Part shown: positions 44,660 to 57,571 of the stretch, in pieces
How the letters are laid out: each line of letters opens with the position of its first letter
Numbering within the stretch: the stretch's first letter is position 1
From: Oikopleura dioica
Lineage: Eukaryota > Animalia > Chordata
NCBI GenBank assembly: GCA_907165135.1
Contig: OU015568.1
Location: forward strand, 6,944,001-7,008,000
Reading direction: 5' to 3'
DNA length: 64,000 bases
Notes under the pieces: model-generated
Seen by the model: only the letters and a program-made list of their open reading frames with translations
Database searches by the model: none
Told to the model about the DNA's origin: nothing
Program-made: the position numbers and the translations under genes

Positions 44660-47600
44660 ACCAGGGGTAAAAGAAGTGAGAGATATTGAAGAAGACGAGT
44701 TCGAATCGGATGACGATTTCGATCTTACAGAGTTCATCCCCCAGGAAAACTTTTTAATCAATAAACAAATGATAAATAAAACAACAGAATTGAAAGTCCA
44801 CAAAAGTTAACCCGATCCTGGTCGGCTACCGGTCGACTTCCAACCCAAGCAGATGGAGGAAAACTAGCTCCGAGTCTTGACCGACCTCAAACAGTCAACG
44901 AGTTCCGAGATCGTCCAGTATCTCGTCGAGAGAGAGCCCAAAAAGCCAAAACAGACCAGATCGTCAACCATGTTGTCGGAAATCCCCTGCACCGCGATCG
45001 CGAGCGTCGACTCTCCGTGACAGATCCAACAGATGCCGGAAAAGTGGCGGCGATTCTTCAGCGCTTGAACATTCAGACCAAGGAGTCCCGGCTTGGAGGA
45101 AAGGTGAGTCTCTCTTCGTTTTGATTGAAGTGCAGTTTAATTGTCTTAACACGCTCCTGGCGCCTTCTTTTGTATACTAAATTGATTCATTTGTCATTGT
45201 ACAAATAGTTGCCAAGTTCCCAGAATTCGGATACAGCTCCGATATTCTGGTTGAAAATGGCGAGAAAATTTAGAAAACCCGAAAGGGTCAAAGATAATGC
45301 TCAAGAGGAGAAAATCGATTTTCATAAGGTTCGGGCTTGTTCTTCAAAATGACTGTAATTGCTTTTAGATCGAAGACAGTATCTCACTGGATCAACTTCA
45401 AGAGATTCACGATTCTTTCGAGCAAGGTGGAGAAGATGTAAGTAAAAATTGATATCAAGGAAAAGATTCTTGGAAGAAATTTCGCATTTTCTTATTCTGA
45501 AAGCTTTATTTTGAAAATTTACCGCTTCAAAAAGGGTCTGTCTATTGACGAGTTCAAACGGATGTTCGAGAAGATTTTGGGCATAAACAACGCTGAAAGC
45601 CAAATCGAGCGCCTTTTCAAGAAAATCGACACATCAGCAGATGGCTTCATTGACTGGGCAAGTCACAACTCAGAGAAAACTGCTCCTTACAGCTGTTTTA
45701 GGACGAGTTTTGCAGTTATATGCAGCTCGAGTACGCGGAAAAAGAAGCGGTGGGCAAGCGAGGCGCTACGATAAAATTCGTCATTCCAGCGAAGCAATCC
45801 CATGCTGCGCACAGAGAAGAAATCATTCGCCTCAGAGTCATTGGCGATGGAAACATCATGACGGTCTCCAAAGACGGGCAGATGTTCTGCTGGAAGGCGA
45901 AAGACCTGACGATAGATAAATCGATTCGCCTGGGTATCACTGAAGATCGCTCGAAATGCTGGGTCACGGATTGCTCTCTCGTTTCTTCCATGAACAGAAT
46001 TTTTGCTTTCACTGGCGACCGCGAAATTCTCATCTACGATTCTGTTTCGCTCGAACTCTACTGCAGAATTACCAATTTCGAATCTGTCCCTCTCAGGTAA
46101 CCCTAACTCTAACCCTAACCTATTGACTAAACCGAATTAAAGAGTGCATTGCTACGCCGTCGAAGGTCAAATCATCATTATTCTCTGCGACGGTCTCGGC
46201 TGCATCTCTGTGCTGTCTATCAAGCGTCTGGCAGACACGATCCGCGAGTGGAAGAATAAAACAAACGATGAGATCCCGATCGTCACGCTGAGCGAGGCAC
46301 TCGGCAGCTCGACGGTTAAATTCTTTCGATGGAAGGCGCACGACGACTGGGTCACAGAGGTAATAATTTATACAATTTTAATCGTCGAGCAGGAAAATGA
46401 TTAAAATGAACCAGGCAACGAGCGACAGTATAAAAATCAATGAGCTTTGTAAATACGTATTTTGCTTCCACGGTTTCGGTAGTACGAGTCCGACTCCGAC
46501 CGTGAGGCCGATTATTATCCCAGCGACGGCTCCAGAGCTAGTCATATCGCACCGCTTGGTTTTGTAGAGCTCGCAGAGTTGATCTTTTCGAACTTTAGCG
46601 AAAATCCAACCAGCTAGAAATGAAAGAAAGTAGAGCTTTGAAGAGGAATCTTACCCATCCAGAGGATATGTGAGAGAATGCGGATTATATTCTGCATAAT
46701 GTCGGCTTTAATTAACCCTCGTAGAGCGAGATAAATCAGCGGAATGGCGATGGAAAGGTTGCCGCCAAGCGTTCCAATTAGAATTTTATCGCTCGACTGT
46801 AGCATGAAGAATATACTGGCTAAAAGAGCAATCAGAACATTCCGCTCTGTCAGCAGCTTACCTAGGAGAATGCCAAGATTGTAGGTAATAATGCTGCTTT
46901 TAGATCCGAAAACAATTTCGTAGGGACAGCAGACAAATAATTGATAGGCAGTAGAAATGTAAAAACCAGTCCAACTTTCGCAGACGAGACTGTAGGTCCA
47001 GAATCTCCAGATTTCATACAGCTTCGTGTGCTTTTCCATGACAAGGTAGTCGTAGTGTTTGAAGAAGTTTGTAGCGAGAGAGAGTGTGACGAGAAAAGGG
47101 AAGAAAATTGGGTAGCGGATTATTGAGCGGTCCACCGAATTGTACTCGTCATCGAATCGAGCTGAGATTTTTTGATGAAATGGAGGTTTTTTTTTGACTT
47201 ACGAGGTAGAACGATGCCATGAAAAGCTCTACTGAAAATGCTCGAGTTTCTCAAATCGGCGATATTATGTCTTTCTCTCCAGCTTCGATCAAATCCAAAA
47301 ACAGAGTCGGACTTTTGCACTGAACTTTTGCTTTGGAAAAACTCTCCCGGCAGTGGCATAACTTCTGAATTTGAACTGTGCAATGCTGGTACGAACTAAA
47401 AGGGATTCCACAATCTTTTTTTCTTGCTACTAACCTACCTTAAACGGGGCGTTTTGATATAATTCCGATATCGAGAGGCGTTCTTTCTGAGAACAATTGG
47501 CTTTATGTCTCTTCCACTCTTCGTCAAAGCCAAACTCGCTGTCCGATTTGACTTTGATGCATGCCTCGCTGCGGTTCCAAAAATACGAAACTACGAATGG

Positions 47601-50600
47601 TTGAAACTTGAAAACGTTCTCTCTCTTGTTTTAGGCATGTAGCCGCAGGGCGGATCTGCGATTGCCCTAAGGGCCCATTTCATTATATCATCGCAGCGCC
47701 AATTTAATTTATACATTCATTATACAACGATGGCGATAATTAGACTCACTTTGATTAGCTTTTAATGCCTTGGCCGAATTCACTTTATTCTTCATCGACT
47801 CTCTTTTTATTTCTCTAGTCTGACTGTCTATCTTCAAAATATATTTTCAACCATCACCCATATTTTCCTTTTTAAAATGTTTATGTAAAGGCGGACTTGT
47901 TTTAAAAAAAAGCAACGATTGTGCAGAAAGGCGATGAAATTGACGTCTTGAAATCGGTGAACCTGTTAATGAGCTGCGCTTTGAATTCCGCTGGCCAGAT
48001 GCATTCAAAATTCAGTCTTTCAGTGATTGTTGCATCTTGAAGAAAAACCGCGGTCGAAATCGATTTGCACTAGAAATTTCTAAAGGGCCTTTTCTCTACT
48101 TCGCACTTGGTGATATTCTCGGACAAATAGGCGGAATGAAGAAAGTGACAGTGATGGATAAGGCGCTCAGAGGATCAATTTTAGCGAAAATTGAGATCAT
48201 TTCCAGTATGCCGCTCCATTACTCCTTATTACATTGACTGTAACTAACTCTTTCTTCTTTTTAGGTAATTTACTCGGAGAACCTCAACGCCATTATCTCC
48301 GCTTCTAATGATCAGTCGACTGCTGTTTGCATTTCGCCAATGCCGGACTTTGGTAAAGCCATTTTACGTATTGAATTATACCAAATGTTAGGCGATTACT
48401 TTACGTTACGAAACTCGCGACCGACCAGCAGCAAATTTAAACGAGAAGAGAAGCCAGCGCTCAACTTCATTAAAATTCTAAAAGGAGTAAAAGCGATTTC
48501 CTTCACTGCTAGGGGCAATCTGCTAGCAACTGGCGGCATTGATCGAGTTATTCGCCTTTGGTCCGTGCCTTCCAAGTCCTTTTCGATTCAAAAACCCTCT
48601 AGCTTCTTGAAAGAAATGAGTTTAAAAGTTGCAATTAGAGAATAATCTCGTTAGAAAGCAGTTGAAAACTCTGAATAAGGCCATGCCGCGCCAGTTTCTT
48701 ACGTTCAAATTGATGGAAAATTGAACAGATTGGTTTCCACCTCTCAAGATCGAGTCATCATGGTGTGGGACGTAGCAGAACAGACGAGGCTGCTGACGTT
48801 GAATCCTAAAGCGCACGGGGTTAATGGAGATTTCACTTCAGTTTGCTTCAGGTAAAACGGCACTTCCGACAAGATTTTTGACTTATTCTAGTAATGTGCT
48901 CAAAACACTAGTCGTGGCGACAGATGTCGTGAATCTTCTACCCGTAAGACCTACAGTCACTTCAAGAAATATCGATTACTTACAAGGTTTGTTACTCTTT
49001 GAATCGATTTATCACCCTGATTTCTTAGGAAAAGTACAACTCAGTCATCAAGTTCCAGTCACGAGCTGCATTTACAATCAAACATTCGCTCAAGTTGTCA
49101 CCGCCGATGAAGGTATTGTCTATCTTATTTTCATAATTCCAACAATTCTACTCGTAGCTGGATTGGTGCGCGTTTGGGACCTAGAAACAGGCATAAAGAC
49201 ATTCGAGTTCAATATAAAGGTAACAGCGTCTGTGTTTGTTAGATTTATTCTTCGTTGATTTCAGACGCCGATATCTTGTCTCGCATTTGACGATACGCAC
49301 AGACGTCTGATCATAGGCTGCCGAGATGGAACTGCACGGATTTATAATCACAACAACGGCTCACTTCTCAAGAATCTCAAAGCTCGCAAACATGGCAAAG
49401 AAGTCGCCTCTCTTCACATGGTCACCATTGGTCAGTCCGAATACTTCCTGAGCGTTGGGTGGGACAGGCGGATCAATCTGTACCCAGAAATTGACAAAAA
49501 GCACGTGATCGACGTAAGACCACTTGGACTTTGGGACGACGATGTCCGAAGAGGGCACAAAGAAGACATAATATCGGCGGCTCTAGTCGGCACCAATTTA
49601 CTGGCGACGGCGAGTTTTGACGGTGAAATTCTCATTTGGAACATGGTCTCTGGAAAAGTCTTGAATCGAATTCAAAAGGAACAAATTCGCATGTCAATGG
49701 GTAGGAGAACTCTTTTTAGAAAGCTATTTATCCTTTTCTTTAGATCCGGAAATAGAGTCTTCAGACGAAGAGAACGGTCCATTTTTCACTTGCCTTGCCA
49801 GATACCAAGAAAAGAAAAAGATACTCGTAGCTGGCCACCAAAACGGTTCAATTTTATTCTACAATCTTCTCGGTCCAGTACCGACGCTGATCGCTGCAAC
49901 ACAAGTGGCCAATCATCCCATTTCTCATTTGAGTCTGACAGAAGACGGAGAGCTTTTATTTTGTGGCGACACTAATGGAAACATTTTCATTCTCGATCTG
50001 TACGACTTTTCCTTCGAGCTTTCGCACACTCAGGTAGGTTCTCTTCTATGTCTTCAAAGCTCAAGCTCTCAGGTCGCGCCCATCAGCGCTACTTGGAGAG
50101 GACATGTCGACTGTGTGACTTTAACTGCTCCCGTTGATCAGCGAGAGATCATCTTGACTTCGTCTCTTGATGCGACTTGCCGAGCGTGGACTTTTGATGG
50201 CGAATATGTCGGAACATTTGGTCAGAAAGAAAAGTGGGACTTGATGGAGGAGACTTCTTGGGGCCATCCGTACACGCCTGATGATGTTCTTATGGAAACG
50301 ACTTTTCCAAGTCTCAAGGTTGAATTAAAAAAAAGAACAATGAAACAACGGATTTAAGAAAATGGAAGGGGGAGATGCTCCACCATCAGCAGGCAACGCG
50401 AAGCCTTGGCGAAATCGGGTAAAATACGAGCTCTCGAATGAAGATATGTTCAAAGAAATCCGATCGACGTTGAGCTCTTCCAGCGGGAAAAGATTGAGTC
50501 TGCAACGACAGCTCTCTCAAGTGAGGAACAAACACTCTTTCATATTTTCATGCGTTTTTTCTAGCAACCGGTAGACACGAAGAAGGACCCAGCTTCGAAT

Positions 50601-50734
50601 GCATGGCGTTCTCTTAAAATCCATGACATCGGCGAGGAAGACGTCGAAGAGCCAGAGAAGCCCACGAGCATGACTGAAGATCCTTATGCATTAAAAAAGG
50701 AGTCGAACCATTCTTATCATGTTCGATTCGAATA
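44660..50734 (+). CDS. WDR49-like: EF-hand plus WD40 repeat protein, WDR49-like (start approximate)
   Basis: EF-hand LFKKIDTSADGFIDWDEFCSYMQLEYAEKE followed by many WD repeats (LATGGIDRVIRLW, VRVWDLETG, LSVGWDRRINLY, ATASFDGEILIWN, LTSSLDATCRAW). Confidence 0.75.
46378..47600 (-). CDS. Catalytically inactive rhomboid-family membrane protein nested antisense in a WDR49-like intron (5' end approximate)
   Basis: WRFWTYSLV..QLFVCCPYE..G..IITYNLGILLG matches the rhomboid core. The GASGG site reads GTLGG and the AHxGG site reads SGAVAGIIIGL. Confidence 0.65.
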
Positions 50735-51676
50735 ATTCTGCCCACTTTATAATGTACAGACCACTTCTATTTTTATAACACAAATAAATTATTTTTTGAT
50801 ACTGAAATTCGGTAAGAGAAAGAGGGAGGAAAATTGCTCCAGGCAGATCATCATTTTCCGGAGATAATTTCCGCAATTTTAAATTTTCGACTGACTTGAC
50901 AGAAAGAGTGGCAGGTTCTTTCATTTTCAGAGATTAGATGACACAGCTCAGCGGACTTGAACTTTTTATGTTCTTATGGAAACGACTTTTCCTAGCCTCA
51001 AGGTTGGAATTTATAGCTAAAACGATGAACCAACAAATTTTAGAAAATGGAAGGCGGAGATGCACCACCATCAGCAGGCAACGCGAAGCCTTGGCGAAAT
51101 CGGGTAAAATACGAGCTCTCCAACGAAGACATGTTCAAAGAAATCCGATCGACGTTGAGCTCTTCCAGCGGGAAAAGATTGAGTTTGCAACGACAGCTCT
51201 CTCAAGTGAGAAACAAACACTCTTTCATATTTTCATGTGTGTTTCTAGCAACCGGTAGACACGAAGAAGGACCCAGCTTCGAATGCATGGCGTTCTCTTA
51301 AAATCCATGACATCGGCGAAGAAGACGTCGAAGAGCCAGAGAAGCCCACGAGCATGACTGAAGATCCTTATGCATTAAAAAAAGAGTCGAACCATTCTTA
51401 CCATGTTCGATTCGAATAATTCTGCCCACTGAAAACTGTACAGACCACTTCTATTTTTATAACACAAATAAATAATTTTTCAATAAAAATGATCCAGAGT
51501 TCTTCTTACTGAAATTCGGTAACAGAAAGAGGGAGGAAAATTGCTCCAGGCAGATCATCATTTTCCGGAGATAATTTCCGCAATTTTAAATTTTCGACTG
51601 ACTTGACAGAAAGAGTGGCAGGTTCTTTCATTTTCAGAGATTAGATGACACAGCTCAGCGGACTTGAACTTTTTAT
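50284..51676 (+). repeat. Tandem duplication (~686 + ~709 bp) of the WDR49-like 3' exons, intergenic DNA and first codons of the next gene
   Basis: Copy 1 is 50284-50969 and copy 2 is 50968-51676. The junction joins ..GAACTTTTTAT to GTTCTTATGGAAACG through a 2-nt AT overlap. Confidence 0.9.
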
Positions 51677-52052
51677 CATTTTTCTTCTTTCATTAATAGC
51701 TGGTCTGAGCCTTTTTCTTTGCCTCTATCTTGGACTGACGGAAGCTCTGAGGCCGAAATTCCCAGTCTCCTTTTTAGTGAAAAAGGAAAGTCTGACTTCG
51801 AGAATAAGCTCGACGGAAACAGTAACGCCAGTAGCAAAAGTAGAGGACTTTCTATTTTGTAGTCGACGTACGAGTCCACTTTCGACGCGCAGATGCTTTC
51901 AAACATGGGGCTCGGAATTTACGATTATCACGCGAAATCTTCGACCGAGAGTTCTAGCACCGACGAGTCTTCTGATTCGACACTTAGCTCAGTTAGGTAA
52001 ATGGTCGTCTTACTTTCAAAAGCAACAATTCTTTTTAGCTCGATTCCGGTGA
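51645..52052 (+). CDS. Hypothetical protein with an N-terminal transmembrane helix
   Basis: MTQLSGLELFIIFLLSLIAGLSLFLCLYLGL hydrophobic segment; no family recognised. Confidence 0.4.
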   Translation: MTQLSGLELFIIFLLSLIAGLSLFLCLYLGLTEALRPKFPVSFLVKKESLTSRISSTETVTPVAKVEDFLFCSRRTSPLSTRRCFQTWGSEFTIITRNLRPRVLAPTSLLIRHLAQLGKWSSYFQKQQFFLARFR

Positions 52053-52261
52053 GTTATTCTCGATAAAGATTTTTCGGAGAAGCTTCTGTAATAAAGATTT
52101 CAATAAAAAGTGAACCCTGTACTTATGATTGTTTGGAAAACGATTACATTATTGACCTTGAGTTATCTTCAAGACATGCAAGCGCCAAAATAAACAAACT
52201 TTTCAAGACATCAGGATGCGCAAAGAACAGACCTCGCATAGATTCAAAAGCTGAGAGGAGC

Positions 52262-53048
52262 ATGAGAGGCACTATTCTCTTTTTTCTAATAGGATCTGCG
52301 TTTTCTTTCAAGTATCGTTTATCCGAAACAACGGGCAAGTTCGACGATGCAACGAGAATAAGCTTGACTCAGTTCCTCAACGAGAATACTTCTGGGCCAG
52401 ATTTGCCAGAAAACGGACGATTCACGAGCCAGAGCATCGCAGTTTTGCAAGATTTCCTCCTTGAAAATGGCCGGCTTCCGATAAATGATAAATGGGATTC
52501 ACTCGCGATCGGAACTCTTCAAAACTATTTGCTCAAGCTCGGATATTACGACATGAAGCCATGTGGAATGTTCGGGACGGGAACTTTGAAATCCTTCAAG
52601 CGGTATCTTCGCGACCAGGTCAGACTAATTCGAAATCCCCGCCAATCGTCATATCTAATTTAGGGATTTAACATGCCAATTACTGATGCGATCGACAGGA
52701 GCTTCGTTACCGGCCTTAATAATTTTCTCCACCACAGAGCTGGCACTTTGGAGGTTTCAACAACTAACTGGGGAGACGAAACAACAGAAGCCATTCGAAA
52801 GTGGCTTCATAAAATCCGCGCAAAGGTAAAAATTGATTATAAGCAGCAAAAACAGTTTTCAGGTTCGTTTTACCGGCGAGTTCTGGGGAGACGAGTGCAA
52901 AATCGGCAAATGGGAGTGGAAAACGACCGCTACTCTGCAGCAATATCTCAACGATCACAACCCAGCTAACCTGCAAATAACCAAACGCATGAATACTTCT
53001 ACTGTGCGAGAGCTTGCCAAATTCTTGAACAACTATCACAACGTATAA
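52262..53048 (+). CDS. Secreted protein composed of tandem peptidoglycan-binding-domain-like (PGBD) helical repeats
   Basis: Signal peptide MRGTILFFLIGSAFS; repeated G.[FW]...T...LQ.[FY]L units, including the textbook LQNYLLKLGYYDMKPCGMFGTGTLKSFKRYL; two GT-AG introns. Confidence 0.7.
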
Positions 53049-53571
53049 ATTCGTCTTTTTGATTCAAGTTTTTTTTTATTAGTTTTTTCAAAGATTTTTA
53101 AACTTTTTGAAACAGGGACCACGGGCAGTGTTCTTTCTGGATGGATTTCGAGGGTTGAAAGTGTGTGTTTTTTGTCTCACATCCGACTCGGATGATCCGA
53201 GAGTAAAAAAATGAACATGTTATTTTTACTGAATTGACATTAACTTGCATGAGAGAAAGAAATACATGAGAAAGCATTTTTAGCGAAAGACGATGCTCTT
53301 CCATGATGGAAGACGGTTTTTAAAAACGCGCGAAAGAAAGGGTTTAATCATGTCAATTGTTAATCTCGAATAATTAGCCTAGAAGAGAAGCCCAAAACAA
53401 AACTGTTTTTTTGAACAAAAATTAGAGTTAATTTTTCATTCATACTATTTTAAGTAAAATAATTGCTTGTATAAATGAAGCATTACAAGTGTCATAAATG
53501 GAGGACTTGAAAACAACTAGTTACTACAAGGTAGTATCGACAAAAATGAAAAAAGTCTACTGTTAGAAAAA

Positions 53572-54840
53572 TTACAAAAAGTAGTCTGGAACTGGCTTCT
53601 TCGCCGGGACGCCGCGCACTTCTTGCGGAGCAGCCTCGAAGATTGTGAAGCCTCTTTGAAGCGTCTCGTCCAGTTCCAAAATTGCCGCTACGTTTCCACA
53701 TCTAAAATGAACGGTTTACCATCTTCAAGTTCCTGATTTCTCAATAGTACCTGTAACAATAGTTCGGCGCCGACCAAACGGTTAAAACAGTCTCATCGAA
53801 GTGCCATTTGTATCCCTCCATTACAAGCTGATGCGCGCGGCAAATCAGATCAATATTATTTGTGCGATTGAATTCACTGAAAGAATCCGCGATAAAAGAA
53901 ACCCCTCATCCTCATTTAATTTACCGAACGACATCAGAGCCGAACAAGAAGCCAGCTCCTCTGGGACTAACGCCCCATCCAGTGGTGTCTTCTGGATCGG
54001 ACCAGAGGAGGTCGCACATTGGGCCGTCGTGGGGAACTTCTTGCTGAACGATTTTATAAGCATCAAATGAGTTTTGAAAGCAGTTACTTTTCTGTCGATA
54101 GTTCTGATCTGGTCGAGACTGGAAATCGAAGGACTCAAGCCTCCGTGGACGCAGAGAATCTTGTTGTCAATTACTAAAACATGCAATATTGAAAAATGAG
54201 GAACAAGATGTTTCATCTACCTGCAGAGAGACTGAGGTAGTCAAACACTTCTGTGCAATATCTCCAGACGGTGATGGATCCGTACTTTCTGAGACATTCA
54301 TCGTAGAATCCATAGACCTACTCGATAAAAATGGACTCGAATCAAGCTGGCTGTACCTGGGTAATCTGTCTGGACTCGTGGTTTCCTCTGATGAGAGTGA
54401 TTCGATCGGGATATCGAACCTTGGAAAATATAAAATGAAGAAACAAAGAACTTTTTACCTTGAGAGCTAGAAGCAGCAGAAAAGTTTCGACAGAGTAGAA
54501 GCCTCGGTCGACGAAATCGCCAAGGAATAAATAATTTGTTTCTGGCACATCTCCTCCCACCTAGAATTCGTTAGTTTGGAGCAATGGGTGTTTTCGAACC
54601 TTGAAGAGTTCCTTTAAATCGTAGAACTGTCCGTGAATATCTCCGCAAACAGTAACTGGGGCATCGACTCGCTGGACGTTTGATTCTTCAACAAGAATTT
54701 CCCGAGCCATGGCGCAAAGCTGCTTTACTTCCGACTCCTTGAATTGGTGAAAACGAGAATCATGGAAAATTTCGTACCTTGATTATTTCGCATCTTCGGA
54801 GCTGTTCGATTTGACGGTCCAAATCCGACGTGGTAGACAT
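53572..54840 (-). CDS. PPP4C: Serine/threonine protein phosphatase 4 catalytic subunit
   Basis: [98 protein letters not shown]. Confidence 0.95.
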
Positions 54841-55251
54841 TTTCTGACCACAAAATCTGAAAGAATCCTTCGTAAATTAGTCAAATCGAATGAATCGTAT
54901 CGATGCCGTTTACCAGTAAATTTCACTACTCGACTATCAAACAAGAAAGTCCCAAGGGTCACTAGATTATTGAAAATTGCCCTCCAAAAATGGAAAAATT
55001 AAAGTTAAGTGAACACATAAGTTGAAAAGAATGAAAGAAAAAAGCAGCGCGGGAGTATTCAGGACAATCGAATGATCCTTGAATTAAGGAAATACAGTAA
55101 CTTTGGGTACAGCTGGATCGATAGTTTCAAATCGGGATAGAAATCGGGAAAACATGGGGCGACATAATAATAGTGCTAAATAGTGGGCAAGTCATAGAAA
55201 ACGGGTTGTGTCAGGCTTCAAAGGAGCGCCTGATTTGGAGCAGTAGAATTG

Positions 55252-57480
55252 TCAGCGCGGGGGCATGTAGCCGCTTCTCGTCCACGAATACGGGTTGTGG
55301 CCGCCAGGCTTTATTGACTAAAATAGGCTTTAGCTTATTTGATAGCAAGGAATAGAACTTACATTGAAATGAGGCTTGTAGGGTTTGTGATAAGCAGGGG
55401 CCGGTGCAGTGGCTGGAGGAGCACTGTGCAACTCTGCTCGGTTTATTTTCTGCGTTACTTTTATCGTTTTTCCGTGGATTTCAGTCATATCAAATACGTC
55501 GGCAGTTTTTCGTTGCTCCACAGAAGCAAACTGAAAAGAACTGTAATCAAATGCATGGTTGATCGAAGAGGAACCTGAATATAAGCGCAGCCCTTGGAAA
55601 CTCTGGTGAATCGGTCGCGTAAAATAGTCACTCTTAGGATGGTGCCACAAACTTGGAAATGCTCCTTCAACTCTGGCTCTGTTGTGGCGACGTCGAGACC
55701 GGAGACGAAGATTGTTCTCTTGTCCTGATCAGACGAGTCAAGCGCGGCATTTATCTCCATCGTCGGAACGATTGGCTTAAAATAATAGACAGATGGTCTT
55801 TGTTGTTGATTATTACCGTGGGTGTCATTTCCTGAGGAAGCGTGGTCTTCTGAAGTTGCTTGATTTTCTGGGCTTCGTCGGTGAGCTCCGAAGTCTTGAG
55901 CAACTTGCTCGACTCATCGTCGGAGTCGTCGGGGTGAATAACAAGAGCTTCTTCGTTCTCTTCCTCGACTTTCTTTTTCGTTTTGGTCTTCAGCGCAGCG
56001 GTCGAACCTGAAGCTCAAAAATGAAGAGCAATCATCAATAAAAGAGGGCGATTACGTAAGACGGCTCTAGAATGTTTCAAGTCCGCACCTTTTTTGCCCT
56101 CCAATGTGACGACGAATTTAGGGGATGAAGCTCGCTTCGATTTGTCCGTGCCGCCGTTCTTCGTGACAAACACACGGGAATCAGCTTTTTTTCACGACTA
56201 AAAGACGAAAAATCAAAATGTAAATGAAGAAAACAACCGTACTTTTAATAGGCTCTCGCCCTTCATCCTTGGTCTTGCTTCGTCGCTTATCGCCAGTTTT
56301 TTCGATCGTTCTCGTCACGACCTTAGTTTCGCCAGGCTTTGATACTGTGATCGAGCGTGTGATACCGCTACAGTTACAGTAGTTCAAATATTTAGACTTT
56401 TTTGAATAAGTACCTGAGCTTCTTCTTCGAGGTGCCAGAAGATTCATTGATTGCACGAATAATTAAATTACTAGTTGGCTTCGCCGACTTTTCGGTTTTG
56501 TCGCCTTCCGAAGGTCGTTCTTTGACTTCCTCTCTCTTCACGACAATCGAGCTCTTGACGCCCTTTTCTCGCGCTCTCTCCCGAGCTTTGGAACGTTTTT
56601 CTTCTTCTTCGAGTTCTTTTCGTCGGTCGGATTTTTTGTCCTTTTTGCTGCGCGACCGCGAACGAGATCGCGATCTTCTCCGGTCTTTTTTTGATTTTTT
56701 GTCTTGAGAATACAATTTCATTAAAACTTTTCACTTTACAATTTACCTTTGCTCTTTTTCTCCTTGCGATCGCGGCTACGACTTCGGCTTCTTCTCGAAC
56801 GAGAATCGGATCTTGAGCGAGAGCGTCTTTTTGTCTTCTTGCTTCTTGACTTGCTCCTGGATCTCGATCTGCTTCTGGATCTGCTCTCTTTTTTCTTGCG
56901 CTGAGGCGACCAAGATGGCATTCCATTTCGCGCTGGCGATTTCGACGCTGCTCTTTCTTTCTTTTTCGACTTGACGGACTTTTCTGGCGTTGGGCTTCGT
57001 TTCTTGGAAGATTTTTTCGACTCTTTTGGCTCTGGAGTGGGCGATTTCGGCTTTGATTTGCTTTTGCTCGTTTTTTCTTCTTCTTCGTCTTCGCTGAAGT
57101 CGTCGAGCTCCTTGTCTTCCAATTTTTCGCTTTTCTTTTTGTCCCTGAATCATTTTCTAACATAAACCCTCTTTGCTTATTGCTCACATTAACTCCCGGC
57201 CCTTCTTCGCATCTTTTAGTCGATCTAAAACGCCAAAAAGCCAGGTACAAAATCTGTCCGTCGCATCGCCGAGAAATAGCTCTAATTCCTTTTTCATGTC
57301 TGCGCGGCCTCGTCGGTTCGCGACCATCACGAGTACATAGTCTGGCAGTTCATCGTCTACATACGCGCCTAGCTCTGTTAACTTCGTCTAAACCACCGAT
57401 TTGAAACTGTTGAAAAGAAAGATGCACGGTACCTTGATTGCAAGACGAACTTTGTGCGAAATTTCCGCACTGGCTTGCAT
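55252..57480 (-). CDS. ZC3H14-like: ZC3H14/Nab2-like N-terminal PWI-like domain + RS-rich region + PABPN1-type RRM; no CCCH fingers seen
   Basis: MQASAEISHKVRLAIK-TKLTELGAYVDDELPDYVLVMVANRRG..LFLGD..FCTWLFGVLDRL; SPKFVVTLEG motif; spliced in frame to RTIFVSGLDVATTEPELKEHFQVCGTILRVTILRDRFTRVSKGCAYIQF. Confidence 0.8.
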
Positions 57481-57571
57481 CGTACGACTTCAATCTAAAG
57501 CACCAAAATCAAACCACCAATCTTTTATTTTCCTTTTGAACTTCATTTATTAATTATTAAAACTAAAACAG

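Noticed and set aside
50938-51258. ORF MTQLSGLELFMFLWKRLF...
   Set aside because: Chimeric product of the duplication junction, reading WDR49-like exons out of frame.
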